Positions 1-10,093 of a stretch of 20,000 bases of DNA are shown one piece after another (within the stretch, counting starts at the first letter, position 1; each line of letters begins with the position of its first letter). The notes beneath the pieces were generated by a model, which was not told where the DNA came from, made no database searches, and saw only the letters and a list, made by a program, of their open reading frames with translations. The stretch comes from an uncultured virus (IMG/VR IMGVR_UViG_3300008120_007613) (Duplodnaviria; Heunggongvirae; Uroviricota; Caudoviricetes): the IMG/VR virus record IMGVR_UViG_3300008120_007613; one strand, 5' to 3'. The translations under genes were made by a program, and so were the position numbers.

Positions 1-1389
1 ATCAGAATGACCTCTGGTATCTCAACAATGGCTAGAGAAATTGTAGTAGGTACAGCACATCATTTTAACTGGGTTAATATTGGTGGAGCAATCCAACATC
101 CAGATCAAGGTAAACGCTTTGATTTAAATGAAGATACCAATAGACATGCTGGTATTACAGATGCTAGTGTTTTCCTTTATCCTATTAGTGGATACGGTGA
201 TCCAATGTTTCTAAAACAAATGATCCAGCTTGAAAAACCAGATGCACTAATGATGTTTACTGATCCAAGATATTGGATTTGGTTATTTCAAATGGAACAT
301 GAAATTAGAAAAAATATCCCTATTATTTATCTTAATATCTGGGATGATTTACCTTATCCAATGTACAATAAACCGTACTATGAGTCATGTGATACGTTAC
401 TTGCAATCAGTAAACAAACTGAAAACATCAATAAGTGTGTATTAGGAGAAGAAACAGCTGCTGAAAAAATAATTAAATATGTTCCTCATGGTATTAATGA
501 AAACATGTTCTTTCCTATTACTGTTGAACACCCTGAATATCTAACATTACAAGAATTTAAAAAATCATTGTATCAAGGTAAAGAATATGAATTTACTATG
601 TTATATAATGCCAGAAATATTCGTCGTAAATCAGTACCTGATTTAATGTTAGCATGGAAAATATTCATGGATAAATTATCTGAAGACCAAAAATCAAAAT
701 GTGCTTTTATTCTACATACTCAGGCTATAGATGAAAATGGAACTGATTTATATGCTGTAAAAGATATGTTATTTGGGAATTATGAATATAATATTATATT
801 TGACCAAAACAAATATCCATCAAACATAATGAATTTATTATATAATGCTACAGATGTAACAGCATTAATAAGTTCAAATGAAGGTTGGGGATTAAGTTTA
901 ACTGAAGCAATGATGTGTGGTAAACCAATCATAGCTACAGTAACAGGTGGTATGCAAGACCAAATGCGATTTGAAGACGAAGACAGTAATTGGATTAAAT
1001 TTACAGAAGAATTCGGTTCAAATCATAGAGGCAAATACAAAAAGCATGGTAACTGGGCATTCCCAGTATTTCCTTCAAACCATAGTTTAGTTGGATCAGT
1101 ACCTACACCTTATATATTTGATGATAGAGCTGAACCACATGATATAGCTGAGCAAATTATGGCTTGTTATAAATCAGGAAAAACATATAGGGAATTTATT
1201 GGACAAGAAGCTCGTAAGTGGGTCACCTCAGATGAAGCAATGATGACAGCTACAAATATGTGCAAAAATGTAATTGAAGGAATTGATGAAACCTTTGCTA
1301 AGTGGCAACCTCGTCATAGATTTGAACTTATCCAAGTAGAAGCTTTAAAACAACCTAAACACTTCGTTAAACACGTTATCGCTCAATAA
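1..1389 (+). CDS. GT-B (GT4-like) glycosyltransferase, probably 5'-truncated by the window edge
   Basis: Frame is open from base 1 (ATC AGA ATG...). It has RNIRRKS and the GT4 signature EGWGLSLTEAMMCGKPII. Confidence 0.85.
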   Translation: MRMTSGISTMAREIVVGTAHHFNWVNIGGAIQHPDQGKRFDLNEDTNRHAGITDASVFLYPISGYGDPMFLKQMIQLEKPDALMMFTDPRYWIWLFQMEHEIRKNIPIIYLNIWDDLPYPMYNKPYYESCDTLLAISKQTENINKCVLGEETAAEKIIKYVPHGINENMFFPITVEHPEYLTLQEFKKSLYQGKEYEFTMLYNARNIRRKSVPDLMLAWKIFMDKLSEDQKSKCAFILHTQAIDENGTDLYAVKDMLFGNYEYNIIFDQNKYPSNIMNLLYNATDVTALISSNEGWGLSLTEAMMCGKPIIATVTGGMQDQMRFEDEDSNWIKFTEEFGSNHRGKYKKHGNWAFPVFPSNHSLVGSVPTPYIFDDRAEPHDIAEQIMACYKSGKTYREFIGQEARKWVTSDEAMMTATNMCKNVIEGIDETFAKWQPRHRFELIQVEALKQPKHFVKHVIAQ

Positions 1390-1390
1390 T

Positions 1391-2704
1391 ATGAAACAAT
1401 TAATAGTTATAAGCTGTCCTATTGACACATATTCTGGTTATGGTGCTCGCTCAAGAGATATTGTAAAAGCACTATTAAAAGTAGATAAATATGAGGTTAA
1501 AATATTACCTCAAAGATGGGGATCTACTCCGTTTGGATTCTTACAAGCAGATAATCCTGAGCATAAACAAATTTTAGATTGTCTTCTCCCACAACCCCAA
1601 CTCCCACGCCAACCAGATTGTTGGATTCAAATTACAGTACCAAATGAATTTCAACCTGTAGGAAAATTTAACATTGGAATTACAGCAGGTATTGAAACTA
1701 CAATATGTGATCCAAGTTGGTTAGAAGGGATTAATAGAATGAACTTAACATTAGTATCGTCCAACCACGCTAAACAAGTATTTGAACAATCTGCCTTTGA
1801 ACAACGTGATAAAGCTACTAACCAACTTGTAAAAACAGTTAAGTTAGAAAAACCAGTAGAGGTATTATTTGAAGGAGTTGATACTAGTATCTATCAAAAA
1901 TTAGATGCTATTAATGAAAGTGAAGTATGGGATGTATTAGATACAGTTGATGAAGACTTTAACTTCCTATTTGTAGGTCACTGGTTGCAAGGTGAAATTG
2001 GACAAGATAGAAAAGATGTAGGTATGTTAATTAAAACATTCCTTGAAACATTTAAAGGCAAAGGCAAAAAACCAGGCCTTATTCTTAAAACATCAGGTGG
2101 TACTTATTCTATTATGGACAAAGATAGTGTATTAGAAAAAATTAATAGTATTCGTGCTTCTATAGGTAATAATGATATTTTACCTAATATTTATCTATTG
2201 CATGGTGAATTAAGTGATGAAGAAGTAAATGAACTATATAATCACCCTAAAATAAAAGCACACGTTACCTTTACTAAAGGTGAAGGATATGGTCGCCCAT
2301 TAATTGAAGCATCAGTAAGCCAAAAACCAGTAATTGCTCCAAATTACAGTGGACATACTGATTTTCTTGATGCTGAAATGTCTACCTTATTATCAGGCCA
2401 AATAAGTAAAATTCATCCATCAGCAGTAGTAGAAAATATGTTACTTGCTGATTCAGGTTGGTTTACAGTTGATTATAAAATAGCAGCTGAAACACTTGAA
2501 GATGTTTATAAAAATTATAAAAAATATCTTGATGGTGCAAAACGTCAAGCATATAAATCACGTACTGAGTTTAGTTTAGAGAAAATGGCTGAAAAATTAA
2601 ATGCAATTATTGAGGAAAAAGTACCTAAACAAGTAGCACTAAAACTTCCTCAATTAAAGAAAATTGAATTGCCTAAACTTAAAAAAGCAGAAGATGACAA
2701 GTAA
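1391..2704 (+). CDS. GT-B (GT4-like) glycosyltransferase
   Basis: N-terminal SGYG motif, FLFVGHW...RKDV, and the GT4 E-x7-E signature EGYGRPLIEAS. Confidence 0.85.
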   Translation: MKQLIVISCPIDTYSGYGARSRDIVKALLKVDKYEVKILPQRWGSTPFGFLQADNPEHKQILDCLLPQPQLPRQPDCWIQITVPNEFQPVGKFNIGITAGIETTICDPSWLEGINRMNLTLVSSNHAKQVFEQSAFEQRDKATNQLVKTVKLEKPVEVLFEGVDTSIYQKLDAINESEVWDVLDTVDEDFNFLFVGHWLQGEIGQDRKDVGMLIKTFLETFKGKGKKPGLILKTSGGTYSIMDKDSVLEKINSIRASIGNNDILPNIYLLHGELSDEEVNELYNHPKIKAHVTFTKGEGYGRPLIEASVSQKPVIAPNYSGHTDFLDAEMSTLLSGQISKIHPSAVVENMLLADSGWFTVDYKIAAETLEDVYKNYKKYLDGAKRQAYKSRTEFSLEKMAEKLNAIIEEKVPKQVALKLPQLKKIELPKLKKAEDDK

Positions 2705-2870
2705 AGAATTCGTTATCTGGTTAAAAGGATTTGTTGCAGGTAGTAATAATTTCAATTTAACACCTGCAGGATGGGATGAAGTTAAAGAACAACTTAATAA
2801 AGTAAACGATAATTTATTTCCAGGATATACAACAACTACTACTTACGATAAATTAGACAGTAATGACTGA
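2694..2870 (+). CDS. small hypothetical protein (MTSKEFVIWLKGF...), 58 aa
   Basis: In-frame ATG at 2694 overlaps the end of the upstream gene and is preferred over 2664. The ORF fills the gap in the operon. Confidence 0.65.
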   Translation: MTSKEFVIWLKGFVAGSNNFNLTPAGWDEVKEQLNKVNDNLFPGYTTTTTYDKLDSND

Positions 2871-3255
2871 ACAATTAATCATATGCCCTAGATGTGGTTC
2901 AAATGCTTGCCATGAGGCATCAAACGAAAAATTCACTATGTGGAGTTGCTTTGGATGTGGATTTACATCTAACTCTACAATGACTGACGAACATGCTCCT
3001 AAAGCAGAAGAAACACTACCTGAATTATATAAGGCATTAAAATTTAAAGATGAAAAAGGATACCACTGGTATCCAATTGCTTTAACATTTGATGATAAAT
3101 CAATGGTGTTTGCCGAAGGTAGATCTACTGAGGACTGGAAATGGTCAGCAGTACAAGCCAAAGAAGGCAAACCAGATATGACAACTAAACAAGAATTTGA
3201 AGAGCGTGACTTTATGGAAGCGCTTGATTATGTAGGTTATTTTAATCAAAAGTAA
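2863..3255 (+). CDS. zinc-ribbon hypothetical protein
   Basis: CPRC...CFGC Cys pairs at the N-terminus; coupled to both neighbours. Confidence 0.7.
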   Translation: MTEQLIICPRCGSNACHEASNEKFTMWSCFGCGFTSNSTMTDEHAPKAEETLPELYKALKFKDEKGYHWYPIALTFDDKSMVFAEGRSTEDWKWSAVQAKEGKPDMTTKQEFEERDFMEALDYVGYFNQK

Positions 3256-3256
3256 T

Positions 3257-3883
3257 ATGTCTACAATTAGTTTTGCAATTACAGCATGGAACGAACATGT
3301 TGAACTAGAACGTTTATTAGACCAACTTGTAACCATTATCAAACCAGGAGATGAAATAATGGTTCAACTAGATAATACAGCTACAGACGAAGTTAAAAAA
3401 GTAGCTGGTAAATATAATGTTGGTCAAAAATTTGAATACCATAGAATATATCATTCATTAAATGGTGACTTTGCATCATTTAAAAATAATGTTAAAGCAC
3501 ATTGTACACGTGATTGGGTATTCTTTATTGATGCTGATGAATATCTAAGTGATGGTTTAGCTGAAAATATCCATAGCGTATTAGATATGAATAAAGGTTT
3601 AGTAGATCTAATTGCCGTACCTAGAATTAACACAGTTGAAGGACTAACCCGTGATCATATTGATAAATGGCGTTGGTTTGTAGATGATAATGGTTGGGTT
3701 AATTATCCAGATTATCAAACGCGTATCTGCGCTAATAAAAAGGAAATAAAGTGGGCTAATAAAGTACACGAGCGTCTTACAGGTTGGAAGACAATAGCAA
3801 ATTTACCTGAAGGATATGATTTAATTCATCCTAAAACAATTGATAGACAAGAAAAACAAAACAATTTTTATAATACATTATGA
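3257..3883 (+). CDS. GT2 family glycosyltransferase (WaaE/KdtX-like)
   Basis: ISFAITAWNE start, FFIDADE DxD motif, and YPDYQTR...KVHE typical of WaaE-like GT2. Confidence 0.85.
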   Translation: MSTISFAITAWNEHVELERLLDQLVTIIKPGDEIMVQLDNTATDEVKKVAGKYNVGQKFEYHRIYHSLNGDFASFKNNVKAHCTRDWVFFIDADEYLSDGLAENIHSVLDMNKGLVDLIAVPRINTVEGLTRDHIDKWRWFVDDNGWVNYPDYQTRICANKKEIKWANKVHERLTGWKTIANLPEGYDLIHPKTIDRQEKQNNFYNTL

Positions 3884-4908
3884 AAACAGCGTTAGTATTA
3901 GGGGCAGGTGGGTTTATTGGCTCACACCTCGTTAAACGATTAAAATCAGAAGGATTTTGGGTTCGTGGTGTTGATTTAAAACACCCTGAATTTGAACCAA
4001 CAGCAGCTGATGATTTTATTATCGGTGATTTAAGAGATCCTAGAATAGTAAAAAACGTTATGCTTCTAGAATCTAATAATGGTGAATTTCCACTTGAATA
4101 TTCTTATAGCTCACCTCGTCCATTTGTTCAACAAATGCAATGGGATGAAGTATATCAGTTAGCAGCAGATATGGGTGGTGCTGGTTATATTTTTACAGGT
4201 GAAAATGATGCTAATGTAATGCACAACTCAGCTATGATTAATTTAAATGTAGCTAAAGAAGCAGTAGAACAAAAAGTAAAACGTATATTCTATAGTTCAT
4301 CTGCTTGTATGTATCCTGAACATAACCAATTAGATCCAAACAATCCTAACTGTGAAGAATCAAGTGCATACCCAGCAAACCCAGATTCAGAATATGGTTG
4401 GGAAAAACTATTCAGTGAGCGTATGTTCTTAGCATTTGCTAGAAATTATGGTTTACAAGTTCGTATTGCTCGTTTTCACAATATATTCGGTCCACAAGGT
4501 ACTTGGAAAGGTGGTAAAGAAAAAGCACCAGCAGCAATGTGTAGAAAAGTAGCCGAAACACCAGATGGTGGAGTAATTGAAGTATGGGGTGATGGTAAAC
4601 AAACCCGTTCATTCCTATATGTTGATGAATGTGTTGAAGGTATATTACGTTTAACTCGCTCTGATTTTGAAGGACCAGTTAATATTGGATCTGAAGAAAT
4701 GATTGCTATTAATGATTTAGCTAAGATGGCTATTGATATTAGTGGTAAAAATATTACTATTAAAAATATTCCTGGACCAACTGGAGTTAGAGGTAGGAAT
4801 TCAGACAATAAACTAATTCAAGAAAAATTAGGTTGGGCTCCAAATTATCCGTTAATTAATGGAATGAGTAAAACATTTGAATGGATTAATAAACAAGTAA
4901 ATGGCTAG
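3880..4908 (+). CDS. NAD-dependent epimerase, GDP-mannose 3,5-epimerase (GME)-like
   Basis: GAGGFIG, LAADMGGAGYI, YSSSACMYPE (catalytic Cys), YGWEK (YxxxK) and EKAPAAMCRK match the GME subfamily of extended SDRs. Confidence 0.85.
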   Translation: MKTALVLGAGGFIGSHLVKRLKSEGFWVRGVDLKHPEFEPTAADDFIIGDLRDPRIVKNVMLLESNNGEFPLEYSYSSPRPFVQQMQWDEVYQLAADMGGAGYIFTGENDANVMHNSAMINLNVAKEAVEQKVKRIFYSSSACMYPEHNQLDPNNPNCEESSAYPANPDSEYGWEKLFSERMFLAFARNYGLQVRIARFHNIFGPQGTWKGGKEKAPAAMCRKVAETPDGGVIEVWGDGKQTRSFLYVDECVEGILRLTRSDFEGPVNIGSEEMIAINDLAKMAIDISGKNITIKNIPGPTGVRGRNSDNKLIQEKLGWAPNYPLINGMSKTFEWINKQVNG

Positions 4909-5974
4909 TATATCAATTATAGGAGTAGGTAAACTAGGATTATGTTTAGCTCTTAATTTAGAGAAAAAAGGACATAATGTTATAGGAGTAGATGTATTTA
5001 AAAGTTACATTCAATCTTTGAATGATAAAACATTTACTACAAGTGAACCAAGTGTAAACGAATATTTAGCTGAATCTAAAATATCATTTACTACTGATTT
5101 AGAACAAGCACTTCAAAATGACATATTATTTGTAGTTGTAAGAACACCATCTACTCCTGAATGGAAATATGATCATACAGATATTGAAAATATAGCTGAT
5201 AAATTAATTTCATTTGGTAGACAATCAACCAGAAAAGACTTAATTATTAATTGTACTACATTTCCAGGATATTGTGATACACTACAAGAAAAATTAAAAG
5301 AATATAACTATTACATTTCATACAATCCAGAATTTATTGCTCAAGGTACTATTATTAAGGATCAAGTAATGTGTGATAATGTATTGATTGGTGAGGCAGA
5401 TGAATATGCTGGTGAATTAATTACTAGTATTTATAAATCAATGGTTGAATCTGATCCAATATATAATAGAATGTCTAGAACTGAAGCTGAATTAACTAAA
5501 TTAGCTGTTAATTGCTTCTTAACAACTAAAATTAGCTACGCTAACATGGTTGGAGATATTACTAGTAGATTAGGATGTGATGCTGATAGAGTATTAAAAG
5601 CTATTGGAACTGATTCAAGAATAGGCAACAAATATCTCAAACCAGGATTTGGATTTGGTGGACCATGTTTTCCTAGAGATAACAGAGCATTAGCTAAATG
5701 TGGTGAAGAGGTAGGCATTGATGCTGTTATTTCTAGAGCAACAGATGAAATGAATGAAAAACACCTTCAATATCAAATTGAAGACTTTATAAAAAATAAT
5801 CCTGATAAAAACAAAGCAGTTGAAATTGACTTTATTACTTATAAAAAAGAAAGTACAATTATAGAGGAATCTCAACAACTTAAATTTGCTCAAAAATTAA
5901 AAGAATTAGGATACAATATTCAACTATTAGATCAAAGACAAGAAGTACTAGATCAAATAAAAGATATATTATGA
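4901..5974 (+). CDS. UDP-glucose/GDP-mannose dehydrogenase family protein
   Basis: GVGKLG Rossmann motif, YNPEF, KLAVNCFLTTKISYAN, and GFGGPCFPRD with the catalytic Cys. Confidence 0.9.
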   Translation: MASISIIGVGKLGLCLALNLEKKGHNVIGVDVFKSYIQSLNDKTFTTSEPSVNEYLAESKISFTTDLEQALQNDILFVVVRTPSTPEWKYDHTDIENIADKLISFGRQSTRKDLIINCTTFPGYCDTLQEKLKEYNYYISYNPEFIAQGTIIKDQVMCDNVLIGEADEYAGELITSIYKSMVESDPIYNRMSRTEAELTKLAVNCFLTTKISYANMVGDITSRLGCDADRVLKAIGTDSRIGNKYLKPGFGFGGPCFPRDNRALAKCGEEVGIDAVISRATDEMNEKHLQYQIEDFIKNNPDKNKAVEIDFITYKKESTIIEESQQLKFAQKLKELGYNIQLLDQRQEVLDQIKDIL

Positions 5975-6711
5975 CATTAAATCAAAAAATATCTAATTGG
6001 TTATTAGATTATCTTCATATTAACAGATTAGATTGCTTTATAATAGGCATTAGTGGTGGAATTGATTCAGCATTAACATCAACATTATGTGCCCAAACAG
6101 GTAGAAAAACTATAGTTGTAAGTATGCCTATACATCAACAACCTGATCAATTATCTAGAGCACATAATCATATTGAATGGTTAAAATCAAAATATCCAAA
6201 TGTATCATCATTTGAATATGATTTAACAGAAACATTTGAAACATTTAAAAAATTATTTCCTGTAGAAAATAGACTAGCATTAGCTAATTCACGTTCACGT
6301 TTAAGAATGACTACATTATATCAAATATCTACTGCATATAAAGGAATAGTAGTAGGCACAGGCAATAAAGTAGAGGATTTTGGAGTTGGATTTTTTACTA
6401 AATATGGTGATGGTGGGGTTGATATTTCTCCAATCGGTGATTTAAATAAAACTGAGGTAAGACAAATGGCTCGTGAATTAGGAATAATTGAAGAAATATT
6501 AATAGCGGCTCCAACAGACGGATTGTGGGATGATAATAGAACAGATGAGGGTCAACTTGGTGCTACATATGAAGAATTAGAATGGGCTATGGAATATGAA
6601 GGGTCATTAATTGGATTAGAAAAAAGGCAACGTGAAGTATTAGATATATATAAAACACTTCATATTAAAAATACTCATAAGATGGCTATGCCACCTATAT
6701 TTACAAAATGA
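5971..6711 (+). CDS. nadE: NH3-dependent NAD+ synthetase
   Basis: SGGIDS PP-loop, NSRSRLR, GTGNKVE, GFFTKYGDG, PTDGLW, DEGQLG and C-terminal HK. No glutaminase domain. Confidence 0.95.
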   Translation: MTLNQKISNWLLDYLHINRLDCFIIGISGGIDSALTSTLCAQTGRKTIVVSMPIHQQPDQLSRAHNHIEWLKSKYPNVSSFEYDLTETFETFKKLFPVENRLALANSRSRLRMTTLYQISTAYKGIVVGTGNKVEDFGVGFFTKYGDGGVDISPIGDLNKTEVRQMARELGIIEEILIAAPTDGLWDDNRTDEGQLGATYEELEWAMEYEGSLIGLEKRQREVLDIYKTLHIKNTHKMAMPPIFTK

Positions 6712-7520
6712 TAACTAATTTAGAAATAGGATATAATGGAAGACTAGGCAACCAAATATTCCAGTATGCAGCATGTTATGCTACTGCTAAAAGATTAGGT
6801 GTTAAATTTATTATTCCTGAAAAAAATATAGATAATATTAAACAGGATGGATGTTATGATTTTTCAAATAATCAATGGATTCCATATAATTTTAGAATGT
6901 ATGATTGTTTTGAAATAACAGCACCTAAAGGTGAAGTTAACATAAATAATGTATTTCAAGAACCCCATTTCCATTATACTGAAGCATTCAATAACATCCA
7001 AGATAATACATCAGTACAAGGATATTATCAGTCAGAAAAATATTTTATTGATTGTAAAGAAGATATTTTAAAAGAATTTACATTTAAAGAAAATATACTT
7101 ACTGAAGCAAAATCAATAATTAATTCTATTAACAATAAAGAAATAGTAGCTATACATGTTAGAAGGGGAGATAATGTGGTTAATCCTAATTTTCCCACTA
7201 TTGGTATGGACTATATTCAAGAAGCACTTAATATATTCTCAGATAAAGAATATAATTTCTTAATTATATCAGACGATGTTCCTTATTGTAAAGAGGTATT
7301 TCCTGAAGGAGTATATTTTAGTGAGGGCACAGATGATTTAGTAGATTTATGCCTAATGTCATTATCGGATCATAATATAATATCTAATAGTTCATTTTCA
7401 TGGTGGGGTGCTTATTTAAATCCTAATAAAAGTAAAAAAGTAATAGCACCTAGTAACTGGTTTAAAGATAAATCTATTAATACGGGTGATTTAATACCTA
7501 ATAACTGGATAATAATATGA
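6708..7520 (+). CDS. GT11 alpha-1,2-fucosyltransferase-like glycosyltransferase
   Basis: GRLGNQIFQYA, GYYQSEKYF, HVRRGD and SNSSFSWWGAYL are the canonical GT11 motifs. Confidence 0.92.
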   Translation: MITNLEIGYNGRLGNQIFQYAACYATAKRLGVKFIIPEKNIDNIKQDGCYDFSNNQWIPYNFRMYDCFEITAPKGEVNINNVFQEPHFHYTEAFNNIQDNTSVQGYYQSEKYFIDCKEDILKEFTFKENILTEAKSIINSINNKEIVAIHVRRGDNVVNPNFPTIGMDYIQEALNIFSDKEYNFLIISDDVPYCKEVFPEGVYFSEGTDDLVDLCLMSLSDHNIISNSSFSWWGAYLNPNKSKKVIAPSNWFKDKSINTGDLIPNNWIII

Positions 7521-7732
7521 ATTTAAAATCAACAATAAATTCTCAGGGAGAAGTAGTAACTCAAATAATTCATTTTGTAGGTGATGTAAAAAGAACATAT
7601 CATGGGATAATATCAACTTCTATTAAACAAGGTCAGTTTACTAAAATGGAATGCACTGATGGAACAATGATAATGGTAAATGATAAAAATGTTCTATGCA
7701 TAGAAGTATTTCCCGAAAAAAAGAAACAATAA
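7517..7732 (+). CDS. hypothetical protein, 71 aa
   Basis: ATGA overlap upstream and TAATG overlap downstream indicate translational coupling. No motif recognised. Confidence 0.7.
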   Translation: MNLKSTINSQGEVVTQIIHFVGDVKRTYHGIISTSIKQGQFTKMECTDGTMIMVNDKNVLCIEVFPEKKKQ

Positions 7733-8769
7733 TGAAAATATTAGTTACAGGAGCAGGTGGATTAATTGGATCTGAAGCAGTAGATTACTATTGTAGTCAA
7801 GGGCATGATGTATATGGAATTGAAAATAATCAAAGAGCAATATTCTTCGGCCCTAAAGGAAGCACATTATCCCGATTACACCAATTAGAATCAAAATATT
7901 CTAATTTTAGAAACTTTAATGTAGATATTAGAAATAAAATAGATATATTTAATTTATTTGAACAAATAAAATTTGATGTAGCAATTCATACTGCTGCTCA
8001 ACCATCACATGATAAAGCAGCATCAATTCCATTTGATGACTTTGAAACCAATGCTAATGGTACTTTACATTTATTAGAGGCAGTTAGACAAACAAATAAA
8101 GACTGTGTATTCATTCATATGTCTACAAATAAAGTATATGGTGACAAACCAAATACATTAAATTTAGTAGAATTAGATACACGATATGATTATGCTGATG
8201 TTGAATATCAAAATGGTATAAATGAAAATTTCTCAATAGATCAATCCAAACACAGTTTATTTGGAGCTAGTAAAGTAGCAGCAGATATATTAGTTCAGGA
8301 ATATGGTCGTTATTTTGGAATCCCATCATGTGTTTTAAGAGGTGGGTGTTTAACTGGTGAAAACCATAGTGGAGTAGAATTACATGGCTTCTTAAATTAT
8401 TTAGTTAAATGTAATGCCCAAAATATCAAATACAACGTATTTGGCTATAAAGGTAAACAAGTAAGAGATAATATTCATTCCTCAGATGTAGTACAATTTA
8501 TGGACCTATTCATAGCAAATCCACGTATTGCTGAAGTGTATAATATAGGTGGTGGTAAGGATAATTCATGTTCAATATTTGAAGCATTTAATTTAGCTGA
8601 ACAAATATCAGGCATTAAAATGATCTATGAGTATGTAGATGAGAACAGAATTGGTGATCATATCTGTTATTATAGTGATCTATCTAAAATGAAGGAACAT
8701 TACCCTGAATTTGGTATTACTAAAAATCTTAATTATATTATTGAAAACATCTATACAAAAACAAAATGA
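7732..8769 (+). CDS. NAD-dependent epimerase, CDP-paratose 2-epimerase (RfbE/Tyv)-like
   Basis: Start chosen at MKILVTGAGGLIG (7732). HTAAQPSHD, STNKVYG, FGASK and GKQVRD resemble the CDP-tyvelose epimerase subfamily. Confidence 0.8.
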   Translation: MKILVTGAGGLIGSEAVDYYCSQGHDVYGIENNQRAIFFGPKGSTLSRLHQLESKYSNFRNFNVDIRNKIDIFNLFEQIKFDVAIHTAAQPSHDKAASIPFDDFETNANGTLHLLEAVRQTNKDCVFIHMSTNKVYGDKPNTLNLVELDTRYDYADVEYQNGINENFSIDQSKHSLFGASKVAADILVQEYGRYFGIPSCVLRGGCLTGENHSGVELHGFLNYLVKCNAQNIKYNVFGYKGKQVRDNIHSSDVVQFMDLFIANPRIAEVYNIGGGKDNSCSIFEAFNLAEQISGIKMIYEYVDENRIGDHICYYSDLSKMKEHYPEFGITKNLNYIIENIYTKTK

Positions 8770-9293
8770 GCGAAAGATACCTACATATAGGGTGTGGTAA
8801 TGTTATACTACCAAAACCATTTGAAAATCTAGATACTAGACCTTTAGAAGGAGTAGATCATGTTTCTGAAGCATTTCCCCTTCCATTTGAAGATAATATA
8901 TTTGATTTGGTTTATTCATCTCATGTTTTAGAACACTTTGAAAAAGCCAAAACACAAGAAATAGTAAACGAATGGGTCCGTATACTAAAACCAGGAGGTA
9001 TCATTAGATTATCTGTTCCATCACTTGAAAATCTTATTAAAATATATCAAGCATCAGGTGATATGGAATATATTATAGGTCCATTAATGGGTGGTCAAAC
9101 ATATCCTCAAAATTATCATTATAATATGTTTGATACAAAACGATTAACAGAATATCTTAAAAAAGCAGGATGTGAGGCTGTTCATCCTTGGGATTATAGA
9201 AGAACATCTCACAGTAAGTATTTTGATTTTTCACAAGCAATTACATGGGAGATTCCAATTAGTTTAAACTTAGAAGCTAGAAAATGCTTGTAA
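8766..9293 (+). CDS. class I SAM-dependent methyltransferase (type 11-like)
   Basis: LHIGCG motif I, FDLVYSSHVLEH and RILKPGG. Confidence 0.88.
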   Translation: MSERYLHIGCGNVILPKPFENLDTRPLEGVDHVSEAFPLPFEDNIFDLVYSSHVLEHFEKAKTQEIVNEWVRILKPGGIIRLSVPSLENLIKIYQASGDMEYIIGPLMGGQTYPQNYHYNMFDTKRLTEYLKKAGCEAVHPWDYRRTSHSKYFDFSQAITWEIPISLNLEARKCL

Positions 9294-10093
9294 AAAGTAA
9301 CTTTATACCTTCTGAAATATTTGATAGGTTTTTATTAGATGATTCTATTTTAAAGGATAAACCTATTACTATATTTAATGACTATACTCCTACTATTGAA
9401 GAACTACAAGTAAATCCTTATAACTTTTTAATACTAAACGAACCAAATGAATTATTTGGTCTTCATGATTGGGCAATTAATAATCAAGATGTATTTAGTT
9501 GTATATTTGCATGGAGTGAAGAAGTATTAAATAAGTGTTCTCATTCTGTTTTATTTCCTTTTGGAATGTCATCAATGTGGGAAACTCCTGACTTATATAA
9601 TAATATTGATCAAAAAGATAAACAATTAAAAGTATTTTTCGTTTGTGGTCCTAAAAATCAAATAGAAGGACATAAGATGAGACATAAAATATATAATCAA
9701 AAAAATCAAATTAGTATACTTAATGAATGGATATTTTCATGTCCCATAGAGGAAAAAAATAAAAATTTTAATGATTGTATGTTTCATGTTGCCGTTGAAA
9801 ATACTCAACAATTAAATCTATTTACAGAAAAAATAATAGATGCATTTTTAACTAAAACTATTCCTATTTACAGAGGTTGTTCTAATATTGAAAAATATTT
9901 TGATGAACGTGGTATTATAAAATTTAATAATGAAGAAGAATTGATTAAAATTGTTAATTCATTAACTGAAGAAGACTATTGGAATAAACAGCAATATATA
10001 GAATATAATTATCAAAAAGCAATTGAATGGAGTAATTATTTTGGAAGATTAGTAAATATTTTAAAAAACATAGTAGAATCAAATAACATATGA
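9284..10093 (+). CDS. GT10 (alpha-1,3/4-fucosyltransferase-like) glycosyltransferase
   Basis: FHVAVENT...FTEKIIDAFLTKTIPIYRG matches the GT10 fucosyltransferase motif. Confidence 0.8.
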   Translation: MLVKSNFIPSEIFDRFLLDDSILKDKPITIFNDYTPTIEELQVNPYNFLILNEPNELFGLHDWAINNQDVFSCIFAWSEEVLNKCSHSVLFPFGMSSMWETPDLYNNIDQKDKQLKVFFVCGPKNQIEGHKMRHKIYNQKNQISILNEWIFSCPIEEKNKNFNDCMFHVAVENTQQLNLFTEKIIDAFLTKTIPIYRGCSNIEKYFDERGIIKFNNEEELIKIVNSLTEEDYWNKQQYIEYNYQKAIEWSNYFGRLVNILKNIVESNNI

